This document shows, in pieces, positions 7,287-17,499 of a DNA stretch of 64,000 bases. A program made the translations under genes and the position numbers. Origin of the DNA: a virus (lineage: Duplodnaviria > Caudoviricetes); IMG/VR virus record IMGVR_UViG_3300005535_000018, positions 1 to 64,000 of that record; one strand, 5' to 3'. Position 1 is the stretch's first letter. The number at the start of each line of letters is the position of its first letter. A model generated the notes under the pieces. It saw only the letters and a list, made by a program, of their open reading frames with translations. It did not search any database and had not been told where the DNA came from.

Positions 7287-9971
7287 GTGACCCGTCCGAT
7301 CGTCGCGAAGGCCGCGGTCCAGGTCACCGCCGAAGCGGCGAAAGACCTGGCCAGCAATCTGGAGCGCGACCTCAACCGGGCCGTCCGCAGCGTCGACATC
7401 AACCCGTCGATCCTGGGCGACAAGATCTCGGCCGGCGCGAAGGTCGGCGCGGCGGGAGCGGACCGGGCCCTGGCCGGTCTGGCCGGCGACGTCAACGACA
7501 CCTTCGCCAAGATCAGCCGTGAGGCCAGCCGGGCCTTCGACCACACCGCCGCTGACGCCACCGCCGCCGGGGCAAAGATCGGGTCGCGGATGCAGGTCGG
7601 CGGCGAGGTCGCCGAACGGGCCCTGCAGGAGTTGGACCGTACCGCCGGCCGGGAGTTTCAGCAGATCGCCACCAAGGCCGGCGCGGCCGCATCGGCTACT
7701 AGCAGCAAATGGGTCGCCGCCTGGTCTGTGATCAAGGGTGCCGCGCTGGCGGCTGGCGCCGCGACCGCAGCCGGCCTGACCGCCATGACGGTGTTCGGCT
7801 TGAAGGCGGCCGGCGCCCTCGAGCAGACAACGATCGGGCTGGAGTCGTTGCTCGGCTCGACCGCGGCGGCCACCTCGTTCATCAAGGAGCTTCAGAGCTT
7901 CGCGGCCGCGACCCCGTTCGAGTTCGCCGACGTCGCCGACGCATCCCGGCGCATCCTCGCGTTCGGCGCCGCGGTCGGCATCACCCGCAAGCAGGTCATC
8001 CCGACCCTGACCACCATCGGCGACCTCGTGTCGGTGCTGGGCGGCACGTCGGAAAACGTCAACTCCGTCATCAGGGCCCTCGGCCAGATGGCGTCCAAGG
8101 GCAAGGTCAGCCAGGAAGAGATCCTGCAGCTGGCCGAGGCGCTCCCCGGATTCAACGCCAACGCCGCGATCGCCGCGTCGCTGGGCTTGTCGGTCGCCGA
8201 CACCCTCAAGCTCATCACCGCCGGGGGGGTCGACGCCAAGACCGGCATCGACGCCCTGCTGAAGGGGATGGCCAACTTCGGTGGGGCCTCGGGCGCCATG
8301 GCGAAGCAGGCCCTCACCCTCAACGGGGTTTTCTCGACCTTCAAGGACACCATCGCGATCGCATTGACGGACGCCTTTACGCCCGTCCTCCCCGCGATCA
8401 AGAAGACATTGACCGACCTCACTCCGGTGATCGGTGACGCCGTTCGGGTCCTGGCACCGGTGATCGGGCAGCTGCTCACCGACGTCCTGCCCCTGATCGG
8501 CATCGCGATTCGGGACCTCTCGCCGATCTTGGGCATCATGGTCAAGCTGGCCACGACCCTGCTGACCGCGCTCGCCCCTGCCGCCGAGGCCCTGGCCCCC
8601 GTGATCCAGCGGCTCCTCGACGGGATGCAGCCCCTCGCGCTGGCCATCGGCACGTTCCTGTCCAAGGCCATCCAAAGCCTGATCGACTCCGGCGCCCTCG
8701 ACACGCTCGTCGACCAGATGATCGACCTGGTGCCGGCGGTGATCGACCTCCTGATCGCACTCACGCCGCTGCTGCCGCCCCTGGCCGACCTGCTCACCCT
8801 GTTCCTCCAGATGCAGCGGCCGGGCATTCAGCTACTCGCCCTGCTGGTGGGCCTCTCCACGGCCGCATCACCGAAGCCTCTCCAGGGCTTCGCCGGCAGT
8901 GTCGCCGAGCTGCTGCACACCTTCACCCAGTTCTCAAAGATCGCCTCCGACATCCACAACTGGCCCAAGATCTTCAAGGCTGATTGGGAGAAGGTCGGCC
9001 CGGCGGTCGGCAAGGCCGCCTCGGCGGTCGGGGATTTCTTCGCCGGCATCGGCCGGTTCCTGGCCACCATCCCAGGCAAGATCGGCAGCTTCCTGGCCTC
9101 CCTGCCCGGCATCGTCGGGGGCGCCTTCAAGGCCGCCGCCGACGCCGCCCTGCACGCCATCGGGTTCGGCCTCGGCCTGATCATCGGCCTGCTCCTCGCG
9201 TTCCCGCAGCTGGCCCTTGCGGCGTTGGTGGCGCTACCAGGTCTGATCGGCGGGTTCCTGACCTCCACCTGGGAGTCGCTCAAAACGTCGGCGTCGACAG
9301 CCTGGGACGCCATCGTGGCCTTCTTCACGGCCGCGCCAGGGCGTATCTGGGCCGCTATCCAGGCCCTGCCAGGTCTGATCGGCGGCGCGTTCACCGCGGC
9401 CCGGGACCGGGCGCTCGCCGCCCTCAGCGCGATCGTCGCGTTTGCACTGTCGGTCCCGTCGCGGATCGCTGCCCTGGCCGGGGCGATGTTCGCCGCCGGC
9501 CTCGCCATGATCAAGGGCTTGTTCTCGGGCCTGGGTCAGGCCGGCGGGTTCGTCGGCGACCTCGCCGGCAAGATCACCGGCGCGATCAAAGGCATGCTCA
9601 ACCGGGTCATCGGCGGCATCAACTCCGGCATCGCCTCAGTCGACGACGCGCTGCCCGGCATTTCACTGCCCCGCCTGCCGTCGCTCGCCACCGGTGGTCT
9701 GACCACCGACGGGGGCCTGGCCAACCTGCACCCTCGCGAGCTGGTGCTGCCGCTGGAGGACCGGCGGGTCGTGGATCTGTTGGCCCGGGCCATGCAGGTC
9801 GCCGCCGCTGGCGGGGGCGCCTCGGCCGCCCCAGTCGGCGCGGGCACGCCCGCCTTCGACGTGCGGGTGTTCATCGGCGACACCGAACTCAAGGGCCTGA
9901 TCAACGTCGAGATCTCCGAGCGGAACCGCGCCACGAAGGCCCGGGTCCAGGCAGGAAGCGGCCGCCGATGA
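7287..9971 (+). CDS. Tail tape measure protein
   Basis: 894 aa, Ala/Gly-rich helical; tape-measure domain EQTTIGLESLLGS...FAAATPFEF...ALGQMASKGKVSQEEILQLAE; W/F-spaced repeats; C-terminal LATGG...HPRELVLPL. Confidence 0.93.
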   Translation: MTRPIVAKAAVQVTAEAAKDLASNLERDLNRAVRSVDINPSILGDKISAGAKVGAAGADRALAGLAGDVNDTFAKISREASRAFDHTAADATAAGAKIGSRMQVGGEVAERALQELDRTAGREFQQIATKAGAAASATSSKWVAAWSVIKGAALAAGAATAAGLTAMTVFGLKAAGALEQTTIGLESLLGSTAAATSFIKELQSFAAATPFEFADVADASRRILAFGAAVGITRKQVIPTLTTIGDLVSVLGGTSENVNSVIRALGQMASKGKVSQEEILQLAEALPGFNANAAIAASLGLSVADTLKLITAGGVDAKTGIDALLKGMANFGGASGAMAKQALTLNGVFSTFKDTIAIALTDAFTPVLPAIKKTLTDLTPVIGDAVRVLAPVIGQLLTDVLPLIGIAIRDLSPILGIMVKLATTLLTALAPAAEALAPVIQRLLDGMQPLALAIGTFLSKAIQSLIDSGALDTLVDQMIDLVPAVIDLLIALTPLLPPLADLLTLFLQMQRPGIQLLALLVGLSTAASPKPLQGFAGSVAELLHTFTQFSKIASDIHNWPKIFKADWEKVGPAVGKAASAVGDFFAGIGRFLATIPGKIGSFLASLPGIVGGAFKAAADAALHAIGFGLGLIIGLLLAFPQLALAALVALPGLIGGFLTSTWESLKTSASTAWDAIVAFFTAAPGRIWAAIQALPGLIGGAFTAARDRALAALSAIVAFALSVPSRIAALAGAMFAAGLAMIKGLFSGLGQAGGFVGDLAGKITGAIKGMLNRVIGGINSGIASVDDALPGISLPRLPSLATGGLTTDGGLANLHPRELVLPLEDRRVVDLLARAMQVAAAGGGASAAPVGAGTPAFDVRVFIGDTELKGLINVEISERNRATKARVQAGSGRR

Positions 9972-10276
9972 CCCACGACCCGGGCGAGCACGACATGGCA
10001 ATGGTGATGCCGTTCACGGTGGTCGCCTCGGCCGGCGGCCCCTACGACGACCAGGCGTTCATCGCCGGCTTTCAGGCCGGCCAGGTCGACAAGGCCCTGC
10101 AGGTCGCCGCGGCGGCCGGCGCCACCGAACTGCGGGTCACGGTGTTCAGCACCCTCGTCGGCCAGCTCGAGCTGGTCGGCATGCGCCACGGCTTCGGCCA
10201 CGTCGTCGTCGACGAGTCGGCTGCCTGGCCGCAGTGGTCGACCCTCGCCTTCGCCTACACGGGGAGCCTGTTGTGA
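9968..10276 (+). CDS. Hypothetical protein within the tail operon
   Basis: ATGA/GTGA coupled on both sides; GGPYDDQAFIAGFQAGQVD. Confidence 0.65.
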   Translation: MTHDPGEHDMAMVMPFTVVASAGGPYDDQAFIAGFQAGQVDKALQVAAAAGATELRVTVFSTLVGQLELVGMRHGFGHVVVDESAAWPQWSTLAFAYTGSLL

Positions 10277-12339
10277 CCGTCACGCTCACCTACGACGACA
10301 CGTTGGGCCGGGTCCAGCTCGTCGCCACCGGCCTCGGCACCGCCGACGAGGCGTTGATCGAACGGTCCACTGATCAGATCACCTGGACCACGGTGCGGGG
10401 CGGAGCGGCCGTGCCGGTGGCCGCCTACAGCCAGGCGTCCGACTCCTACACGCGGACCGTGGCGGCCGGCTCGTGGGGTACCGCCACCACAGGTCAGGTG
10501 TGGGCCACGCTGCTGGGCCTGGCCTCTCAACTGTCCGTCAACGGCACCAAGGGCATCATCTCCCTCGAGATCGTCAACCAGACCCGAGCCGCCCGGCTGC
10601 CCGTCGCGCACACCGACCTGGACGTGCTGGTCGACATGCTCATCCCGGCCGTGCCGGCCACCTCCTCCATCCGGGGGATCATCTTCGGCCGATACGTCGA
10701 CGCCAACAACAGCTACAACGCCCGGGTCGACGTGACCACCGCCTCCGCCGTCACGGTCAACTTGCGCAAACTGGTCGCCGGGGTCGAGTCGGACGTGACC
10801 GGCGGCGCCACCGTCACCGTCGCCGGCCTGACCGCGTCGACCACGGTGCCGTTGCGGATCCGGTACCAGATCCGGGGCCAGACCCTGCGGATACGGGTGT
10901 GGCTGTCCAACACGGCCGAACCCACCGTCTGGCACCTGGCCGGGGTTGATACCAACTTCGCCTCCGGCACGTCGATCGGACTGGGCGGCATCCTCCTGGC
11001 CGGCAACACCAACACCCTGCCCATCGCCCAGGCCTTCGACAACCTGGTCATCTCCAGCCAGTACGAAGCCCGCCTCGACGACTACGAGTTCGCCCCCGAC
11101 GTCGTCAACTACTACCGGGTGCGGGGCGTAACCACGTCTGACATCACGCTGGTGGGCAGCGGTGCCGGCTCGTTCAGCGCCAACGCGGTGCCGCCCGGCG
11201 CGGTCGGCCCGGGCCTGCCCGCCGGTATGGCCGTCGGTGACCTGATGGTCATGAACGCGGCCATCCGCAACTCCGGCACCGGCACGGTCCTCGCCCCGAC
11301 CGGCTGGACCGAGCTGATTGCCTTCGGCAATCACAGCCTGTTCGGGAAGTACTTCGCCGCCACTGACACGGCCCCCACCGTCCACTTTGCCGGCGAGGTC
11401 GCCAACGCCACCATTGGCGCGAAAATCCACGCCTTCCGCGACGCCGCCCTGACCCCGGTAACCCACATCGAGCAGCTCAACGGGTCGGCCCAGAACATCG
11501 CCTACCCGGCGTTGACCGTGCCGGCCGACGAAATGCTGATCCTGTTGGCCACCTGGAAACAGGACGCCTGGACGTCGATCGCCGCCCCCGCTGTGTGGAC
11601 CGAGATCGGTGACAGCCCCAGCACCAGCGGCGATGACGAGTCGCTCGGCATGGACTACCAGATCCAAACCACCGCCACCAACGTCGCCGCCAGCTCGGTC
11701 ACCGTGACCGGCGGCATCTCGGCCATCTCCCGCGCCATCGTGGCCGCCCTCGAACATTCGGCCTACCTCAACGAGCAGACCGGCACGATCACCCCCTCGC
11801 TGGCGGCGACGTGCGGGGTCAACGCGGTGTGGCTCAAGTCGATCGGCCGGCCGTTCTTGAACCGCACGGTGCAGGTGATGCAGCGGCCCGACACGACCGT
11901 GGACCGGCCGGCCCGGGCCGGCATCTTCGACGTCGTCGGGCGCAGCTTCCCCATCGCGGTCAACACGGTGCGCAGCTCGCGCCGCTGGACGATGTACCTG
12001 CAGACCGTCTCCGACGCCGAGGCCGAGGCCGTCGACTTGATGTTGGCGTCCGGCGATGTGCTGCTGGTGCAGGCACCGGCCGGGTGTGACGTCGAAACCG
12101 GGTACGTGTCGGTCGGCGACGTCACCAACACCCGCCATCCGCTGCGGCCGCAGAAGCGGTTGTGGGCGTTGCCGATGACGGAGGTGGCGCCGCCCGGGCC
12201 CGACGTCACCCCGTCGCCTGGCACGTGGGCGACGGTGCTGGCCACCTACGCCACGTGGGCTGATGTGCTGGCCGCCAACGCCACCTGGGCTGATCTGCTC
12301 ACCCTGGTCGGGTCGCCGTCTGAGGTGATCGTGCCGTGA
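10273..12339 (+). CDS. Distal tail (Dit-like) / minor tail protein with inserted beta-rich, putative carbohydrate-binding domains
   Basis: Follows the TMP; ERSTDQITWTTVRG, DYEFAP..NYYRV, WLKSIGRPFLN, R.GIFDVVGRSFPIAV, RLWALPMTEV, TWADVLA motifs typical of actinophage tail proteins. Confidence 0.8.
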   Translation: MTVTLTYDDTLGRVQLVATGLGTADEALIERSTDQITWTTVRGGAAVPVAAYSQASDSYTRTVAAGSWGTATTGQVWATLLGLASQLSVNGTKGIISLEIVNQTRAARLPVAHTDLDVLVDMLIPAVPATSSIRGIIFGRYVDANNSYNARVDVTTASAVTVNLRKLVAGVESDVTGGATVTVAGLTASTTVPLRIRYQIRGQTLRIRVWLSNTAEPTVWHLAGVDTNFASGTSIGLGGILLAGNTNTLPIAQAFDNLVISSQYEARLDDYEFAPDVVNYYRVRGVTTSDITLVGSGAGSFSANAVPPGAVGPGLPAGMAVGDLMVMNAAIRNSGTGTVLAPTGWTELIAFGNHSLFGKYFAATDTAPTVHFAGEVANATIGAKIHAFRDAALTPVTHIEQLNGSAQNIAYPALTVPADEMLILLATWKQDAWTSIAAPAVWTEIGDSPSTSGDDESLGMDYQIQTTATNVAASSVTVTGGISAISRAIVAALEHSAYLNEQTGTITPSLAATCGVNAVWLKSIGRPFLNRTVQVMQRPDTTVDRPARAGIFDVVGRSFPIAVNTVRSSRRWTMYLQTVSDAEAEAVDLMLASGDVLLVQAPAGCDVETGYVSVGDVTNTRHPLRPQKRLWALPMTEVAPPGPDVTPSPGTWATVLATYATWADVLAANATWADLLTLVGSPSEVIVP

Positions 12340-13463
12340 GGCCCGTGTCGGCCGCCTTCCTCCGCACGCTGGCCGGATCACACACCATGATCGTGCGGGC
12401 CACGGTGTTGTCGACCTTCCAAACCGGGGTCGCCCCGGTCGGCACCGTCATCGACGTGATCGGCGGCTCGGTCACGTTGGACGGCACCGCCGACGTGCGG
12501 GCCAGCCTGGATTTGACCACCGACGGGACCGGCCGGTGGCCCCGCTACGTCGACGATCTGCTTGCCCCGTACGGCAATGAGATCTTCGTGGAGCGGGGCA
12601 TCGACTACGGCAACGGCGTCGTCGAGTACTGCTCGCTCGGCTACTTCCGCATCGAGTCGCCGTCGCAGGCGGCGCCCCCCAACGGCCCGATCAGGGTCGT
12701 GGGGAAGGACCGCATGCAGGCCATTGTGGACGGTCGGTTGCTGGCCCCGCTTCAGTTCGACTCGACCGTCACCTACGGGTCGGTCGTCACCCAGCTCGTC
12801 ACCGAGGTCTACCCCAGCGCGACGATCCAATGGGACGACGCCACCGACACGGCCACCCTCGGCCGGACGTTGATCACCGAAGAGACGCGGTTCGAGTTTT
12901 TGGACGACCTGATCACGTCGCTGGGCAAAACCTGGTACTGGGACCACCGCGGGTTTCTCGTCATCGCCGACCGGCCCAATCCGACCGCCCCAGTGTGGGA
13001 CGTCGTCTCAGGTGAGGGCGGGGTGCTGGTGTCGTCGAGCCGGACCCTGTCCCGCGAAGGGGTCTACAACGCGGTCGTGGCCTCGGGCGAGTCGGTGGAG
13101 GCCGACTCGGCGCCGGTGCGGGGCGTGGCCGTCGACGGCAATCCAGACAGCCCGACCTACTACTACGGCCGGTTCGGGCCGGTGCCGATGTTTTACAGCA
13201 GCCCGTTCCTGACCGACGCGACGCAGTGCCAGTCAGCGGCGGCGGCGCTGCTGACCCGTCAGCTGGGCCTGCCCTACAACGTGGATCTCTCCTCCATCCC
13301 GAACCCGGCGCTGGAGCCTGACGACCCGGTGCGGGTCAAGTACAGCAGCGCCACGGCCAGCGAGATCCACGTGCTGCAGTCGGTGACGATCCCGCTGACC
13401 GAGGACGGCCCGTTGACAGCGACGACCCGCGAGCAAACCAACGTCCTGATTGGACAACTGTGA
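12336..13463 (+). CDS. Tail hub / minor tail protein (DUF5047-like)
   Basis: MRPVSAAFLRTLAGSH; GGSVTLD..ADVRASLDL; PYGNEIFVERGI; YNAVVASGE; FGPVPMFYSSPFLT; PNPALEPDD. Confidence 0.85.
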   Translation: MRPVSAAFLRTLAGSHTMIVRATVLSTFQTGVAPVGTVIDVIGGSVTLDGTADVRASLDLTTDGTGRWPRYVDDLLAPYGNEIFVERGIDYGNGVVEYCSLGYFRIESPSQAAPPNGPIRVVGKDRMQAIVDGRLLAPLQFDSTVTYGSVVTQLVTEVYPSATIQWDDATDTATLGRTLITEETRFEFLDDLITSLGKTWYWDHRGFLVIADRPNPTAPVWDVVSGEGGVLVSSSRTLSREGVYNAVVASGESVEADSAPVRGVAVDGNPDSPTYYYGRFGPVPMFYSSPFLTDATQCQSAAAALLTRQLGLPYNVDLSSIPNPALEPDDPVRVKYSSATASEIHVLQSVTIPLTEDGPLTATTREQTNVLIGQL

Positions 13464-14203
13464 TGGCCGACGATCTGGGTGATCTGTTCCTGCCACCGGC
13501 GGCCGGGCCGTCGCTGGACATGCGCTACCGGCAGGGTGTGATCGTGTCGTTCGATCCGAACACCTTGTCAAACACGGTCGACGTCGGCGGGTCGATCCTG
13601 ACCGATCTGCCCATCCTGGGGGTGGGTGAGGCGACCCTGCTGGCCGCCGGGTCGATCGTCGGCATCACCACGATCAGGTCGCTGCGGGGTACCGCCACGT
13701 GGGCCATCATCGGCCGGATGGTGGTGCCCGGCACCGCCGACGCCCAGAACGCCATCAGTCTGTTGTCGTCGTGGATCGTCACCGCCGCTGTCGAGACGCA
13801 GGAAACGACCAGCACCAACAGCTACGTCGACTTGACCACCCCCGGCCCATCGGTCACGGTCAACATCCGCCAGACCGGCCGAATCCTGCTGGTGTTGACC
13901 TGCCAGATCCAGTGGATCGACTCCGACCCGGCCGACGGTCGCGGCGGTGAGGTCACCGTCGAGATGTCGGGCGCCAACACCATGTCGACCGCCACCGCTG
14001 AGGGCCCGATCCGGTTGACGAACTACAACGGCGTCAACGCCGGCACGTCGATGTCGTTGCAGGGCACCTACACCCAGGCGGTCGTGGTGGAAGGCCTCAA
14101 CGCTGGCGTGACCACGATCACCATGAAGTACAAGGCCCGCCCGGCTGGCGAGGCCGCTGGCGTCGACTTTGGCCGCCGCTCCATCACCGTGATCACCCTG
14201 TAG
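13460..14203 (+). CDS. Minor tail protein
   Basis: N-terminal RQGVIVSFDP..NTVDVGG OB-like domain; beta-rich C-terminal domain. Confidence 0.7.
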   Translation: MMADDLGDLFLPPAAGPSLDMRYRQGVIVSFDPNTLSNTVDVGGSILTDLPILGVGEATLLAAGSIVGITTIRSLRGTATWAIIGRMVVPGTADAQNAISLLSSWIVTAAVETQETTSTNSYVDLTTPGPSVTVNIRQTGRILLVLTCQIQWIDSDPADGRGGEVTVEMSGANTMSTATAEGPIRLTNYNGVNAGTSMSLQGTYTQAVVVEGLNAGVTTITMKYKARPAGEAAGVDFGRRSITVITL

Positions 14204-14288
14204 CCCTGTCGTCAAGACGTTGAAATGACGACTACCAGCCTGCCCGTCCCGCCACCCCGGCCGGGTCGGCTGGTGAACCGTTTGAACC

Positions 14289-14819
14289 GTGGCGACTACA
14301 CCGACCTACGGCTGGCCGTACCAGAGCCTGTCCGACCCGCCTGACGGGCCCAACCTCGGCGAGGACTTGGCCCTCGCGATTGAGGCGACGGTGGCGGCGT
14401 TGGCGGCCACGGTGGCGGCCGCCGCGGCGGCGACCATCGCCCGCGTCCCGGTGCAGGCGACGGTGGCGACCAGTCAGACCACCGTGTCGGGCGCCTACAC
14501 CGACCTGGCCACCGTCGGGCCGGCGGTCACGATCACGACCGGCACGTCGGCGCTGGTGACCATCGGGTCGGCGATCCAGGGCTCCAGCTCGCTGCTCACC
14601 TGCTACATGTCGTGGGCCGTGAGCGGTGCCACCACGTCGGCGGCGGTCGACGCCCGGGCCGTCGGCATCGCCAACCAGCAGCTCATCTTTGCCAGCCGGG
14701 TGTTCCTCATGACCGGGCTGACCCCCGGCAGCAACACGTTCACGGCGAAGTACAAGACCAGCGGCGGTGCGACCGGCACCTACACCGACCGGAACATGAT
14801 CGTCCAGGCCGTGAACTGA
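14289..14819 (+). CDS. Tail fibre / receptor-binding-like protein
   Basis: MATTPTYGWPY...DPPDGP..LALAIE N-terminus; C-terminal domain paralogous to the previous gene. Confidence 0.7.
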   Translation: MATTPTYGWPYQSLSDPPDGPNLGEDLALAIEATVAALAATVAAAAAATIARVPVQATVATSQTTVSGAYTDLATVGPAVTITTGTSALVTIGSAIQGSSSLLTCYMSWAVSGATTSAAVDARAVGIANQQLIFASRVFLMTGLTPGSNTFTAKYKTSGGATGTYTDRNMIVQAVN

Positions 14820-14821
14820 GA

Positions 14822-15343
14822 GTGGTCGAGTTGGTCGAGCTGTGGCCGACGGTCCTGGTTGCGGCGCTCGCCGTGGCCGGCACCAGCCTGCCGGTGTGGC
14901 TCACCGGCCGGCAACGCAGCCGCGATCAACGTGCGGACTGGGCCCGGCAGGACGCGGTCGCCGCCAAAGCCGAGGCGGCCATTGACAAGGCCGCCGAACG
15001 GGCCGCCGAGACGGCCCGGCTGTTGCTGGCCGCCAACAAGAAGGTCGCCGAACAGGCCGCCTCCGACGCCGCCGAGGTCAGCGGCAAACTGGGCCAGATC
15101 CACGAGCTGGTCAATTCGAGCTTGACCGCGCAGATGGAGGAGGCGGCGGCCGCCCTCTCGCAGCAGGCGGTGCTGATGCGGGAGGTCGTGGCCCTCAACC
15201 GGGCCGCCGGTCGGGAACCGTCACCGGAGGCCTTGGACGCGATCGCGACGATCGAAGCACGGGTGGCGGAGCTGCAAGCCAGGCTCACCGACCGGGCCAA
15301 GTCGACCCAGATAGCCGACGCGAAGCTCACCGACCGGGCCTAG
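14822..15343 (+). CDS. Single-TM coiled-coil membrane protein
   Basis: N-terminal TM helix, Ala-rich coiled coil, QIHELVNS motif. Confidence 0.6.
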   Translation: MVELVELWPTVLVAALAVAGTSLPVWLTGRQRSRDQRADWARQDAVAAKAEAAIDKAAERAAETARLLLAANKKVAEQAASDAAEVSGKLGQIHELVNSSLTAQMEEAAAALSQQAVLMREVVALNRAAGREPSPEALDAIATIEARVAELQARLTDRAKSTQIADAKLTDRA

Positions 15344-15534
15344 ATCACCAACCCGGTGGTGGGGTTGATGTTGGCGAGGGCCCGCTGAATGTGCTCCAGG
15401 AGCCGCCCGGCCCGGCGGGGGTCCTGCACCGCCAACACGTGCAGCGCCGTCCGTACTGCCTCCACGTCGAGAGCCTGCAACCCGGTCAGCACCCACTGTT
15501 CACACTGGTCGGGGGTCGGCAACGGCTGGGTCAT
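15340..15534 (-). CDS. Small hypothetical protein
   Basis: MTQPLPTPDQCEQW...; coding-like. Confidence 0.5.
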   Translation of the reverse strand: MTQPLPTPDQCEQWVLTGLQALDVEAVRTALHVLAVQDPRRAGRLLEHIQRALANINPTTGLVI

Positions 15535-15667
15535 GGCGCCCATCCTGCCGTGTCTCGCCGCTGCGGGGCGGCGGCCGCACCGCCGCGGCGGGTAGGCTGC
15601 CTCCTGATCGAGTGTCACGGACAGGGCCCCCCCGCCCCGATGCGGGGGGCCCTACGCCTTTTCAGGG

Positions 15668-16084
15668 TCAGGCAGCGAGCGCGAGCAGATCCCGCAGACC
15701 CACCACGTTGTCGACCCGTTCGGCGGCGAAGTCGGCCCTGGCCGGCATGTCCTGACCTTCGAACTCGCGCTTGAGCAGGTACGGCTTCGTGTACCGCACC
15801 GTCGAGCGGCGGGTGACGTCGGGCACCGGCCGGCCCCGCACCATCACATAAGGGGTGACCTTGATCGCGCCGCAGCCGTGCTCGCACGGCAGGCGCCGCT
15901 CCAACGACTTGACCCGCCGGCTACGGCCTTCGGGCCGGTCGACGTGGAAAAACTCGAGGCGCAGTTTCGCCGGCCAGGCGTGGCCGACGTCACGGCAAGC
16001 CTTCGCCTCGTCGGGTAGCTTCTCCCATTCTGACGCCGGTAGCGGTGCAGCGTTGCTGCCCGCCCCGGCCTTGCGTCTAGCCAC
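15668..16084 (-). CDS. Hypothetical protein with Cys/His motifs
   Basis: GAGGA RBS; CRDVGHAW...CEHGC. Confidence 0.6.
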   Translation of the reverse strand: MARRKAGAGSNAAPLPASEWEKLPDEAKACRDVGHAWPAKLRLEFFHVDRPEGRSRRVKSLERRLPCEHGCGAIKVTPYVMVRGRPVPDVTRRSTVRYTKPYLLKREFEGQDMPARADFAAERVDNVVGLRDLLALAA

Positions 16085-16350
16085 ACGTGGGTCCTCTCGG
16101 TCACTCGGCCGGCGCCGGGTGGGCGCAGCCGACCGGGCGGGTCAAGCCGAGGGGCGGCCCGGGTTCGGGCCGGTTACCCGCAAGCGTGCAACCGTACCGG
16201 CCGAGCGGCCGCTCCGCTCGGGTCGCGCTCACCGGTCGGCGTGTCGGGGTGTCGATGCATGATTGCCTTCCCGGCGGGCCGGCTAGGCTGCGCTGTGCAG
16301 CCCTGAGAAGCTGCGGCGGCCCACGTGTTGGGGGGCGCCCGGAGGGCCCG

Positions 16351-16965
16351 CTACGGCAACGTAGCGGGCCCTCCTGCTGCCTTCCGCTCGGTTGGTGTCA
16401 CCTGCGCCGGCACGTGGGTGTGGTCGGGCAGCCTGACCCGGTCCGGGTTCGCGGCCCGCCACGCCTCGATCTCGTCGAGGGCAGCCTGCACCTGGGCGGC
16501 CTGCTCATCCAGCCCCAACTCCAGGCACAGCCCGAGGTAGGCCCGCACCGCCCGCACGGCGAGCGTGTCCTGGGCCCGGATCACGAACCGCGGCTCGGTC
16601 GGGTCGGCGGGCCGGGCGGCGGCGAGCTCCGCCTCCAGCCGGGCCACCTTCGCCCGCAGGCGACCTTCTGGGGTGGCGGCCCTGATCTCGTCGAGGGTGC
16701 CGACCGGGGCGGCCGCGGCGTACTCGGTGGCGATGCGGGCGGCCCGTTCCGGCTCCGTGATGCCGAGGAACGCCGCCGTGTGGTCTTCGAGGAACCTGGC
16801 GTGCTGGAAGGCCTCATGCCGGGCCAGGTACGCCTCGGGCGGCTCGCCGTCGACCGAGACCGGCCCGTGCGGCCGCGGCCCGACCGGCGGGCCGAGCAGC
16901 AGCAGCACCTCGTTGACGTTGGTGGTGGCGGCGTCGATGCCGGTGGGGGTCGGGTCGTTGGTCAC
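16351..16965 (-). CDS. Hypothetical phage protein
   Basis: GAGGAG RBS; C-terminal FVIRAQD.LA..AVRAY motif. Confidence 0.65.
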   Translation of the reverse strand: MTNDPTPTGIDAATTNVNEVLLLLGPPVGPRPHGPVSVDGEPPEAYLARHEAFQHARFLEDHTAAFLGITEPERAARIATEYAAAAPVGTLDEIRAATPEGRLRAKVARLEAELAAARPADPTEPRFVIRAQDTLAVRAVRAYLGLCLELGLDEQAAQVQAALDEIEAWRAANPDRVRLPDHTHVPAQVTPTERKAAGGPATLP

Positions 16966-16980
16966 GGGGGGTGGCTCCTC

Positions 16981-17499
16981 TCAGAACAGGTGTCCCTGCC
17001 ACCCGGCGGGCGGCTCACGCGGGACACCGTTGTGGTGCAGGACGCCTCGCTCGTCGATGACGTGGGAGGCGACGACCTGGCACTTGCGGGGGCCGCAGAT
17101 GAACACGGGCCCGCCGAGCAGCGGCCCCGCCTCGATCGGCTCGTAGAACCATTCGGGCGGGAAGGCGGTCAGCTTCGCGAGCAGCAGCACCTGCTCGGGG
17201 GTGGGCACCTCCAGGCCGCACTCCCACAGGTCGACGTAGGGCTCCTGGGTGCCGCACGCGAGGTCCACGCCGGGCCCGTCCAAACCCCGCATGTCCAGGG
17301 CCATCGTGATGCGGGCCGGCACGACCCGGCCCGTAGCGATCAGGGCCTCGGCCTTCTGCCGGGCCGCCGCCGACCAGTACCGGTTCCGGTCGTTGATGGT
17401 CTGGTCGGCGGCGAGCTGGCGGGCCGCGGTTGCGGCTTGGCGGGGGCTGTGGTCGCGGGGCGTCGGCCGCCGGAACGGCACCACCTCGTCGTCAGCCAT
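16981..17499 (-). CDS. XRE-family HTH-like protein
   Basis: PARITMALDMRGL...VDLWECGLEVPTPEQVLLLAKLTAFPPEWF. Confidence 0.7.
   Translation of the reverse strand: MADDEVVPFRRPTPRDHSPRQAATAARQLAADQTINDRNRYWSAAARQKAEALIATGRVVPARITMALDMRGLDGPGVDLACGTQEPYVDLWECGLEVPTPEQVLLLAKLTAFPPEWFYEPIEAGPLLGGPVFICGPRKCQVVASHVIDERGVLHHNGVPREPPAGWQGHLF

Noticed and set aside
6858-12381. Long minus-strand ORFs 6858-8675 and 10255-12381
   Set aside because: Antisense shadows of the TMP and tail genes, expected in high-GC DNA
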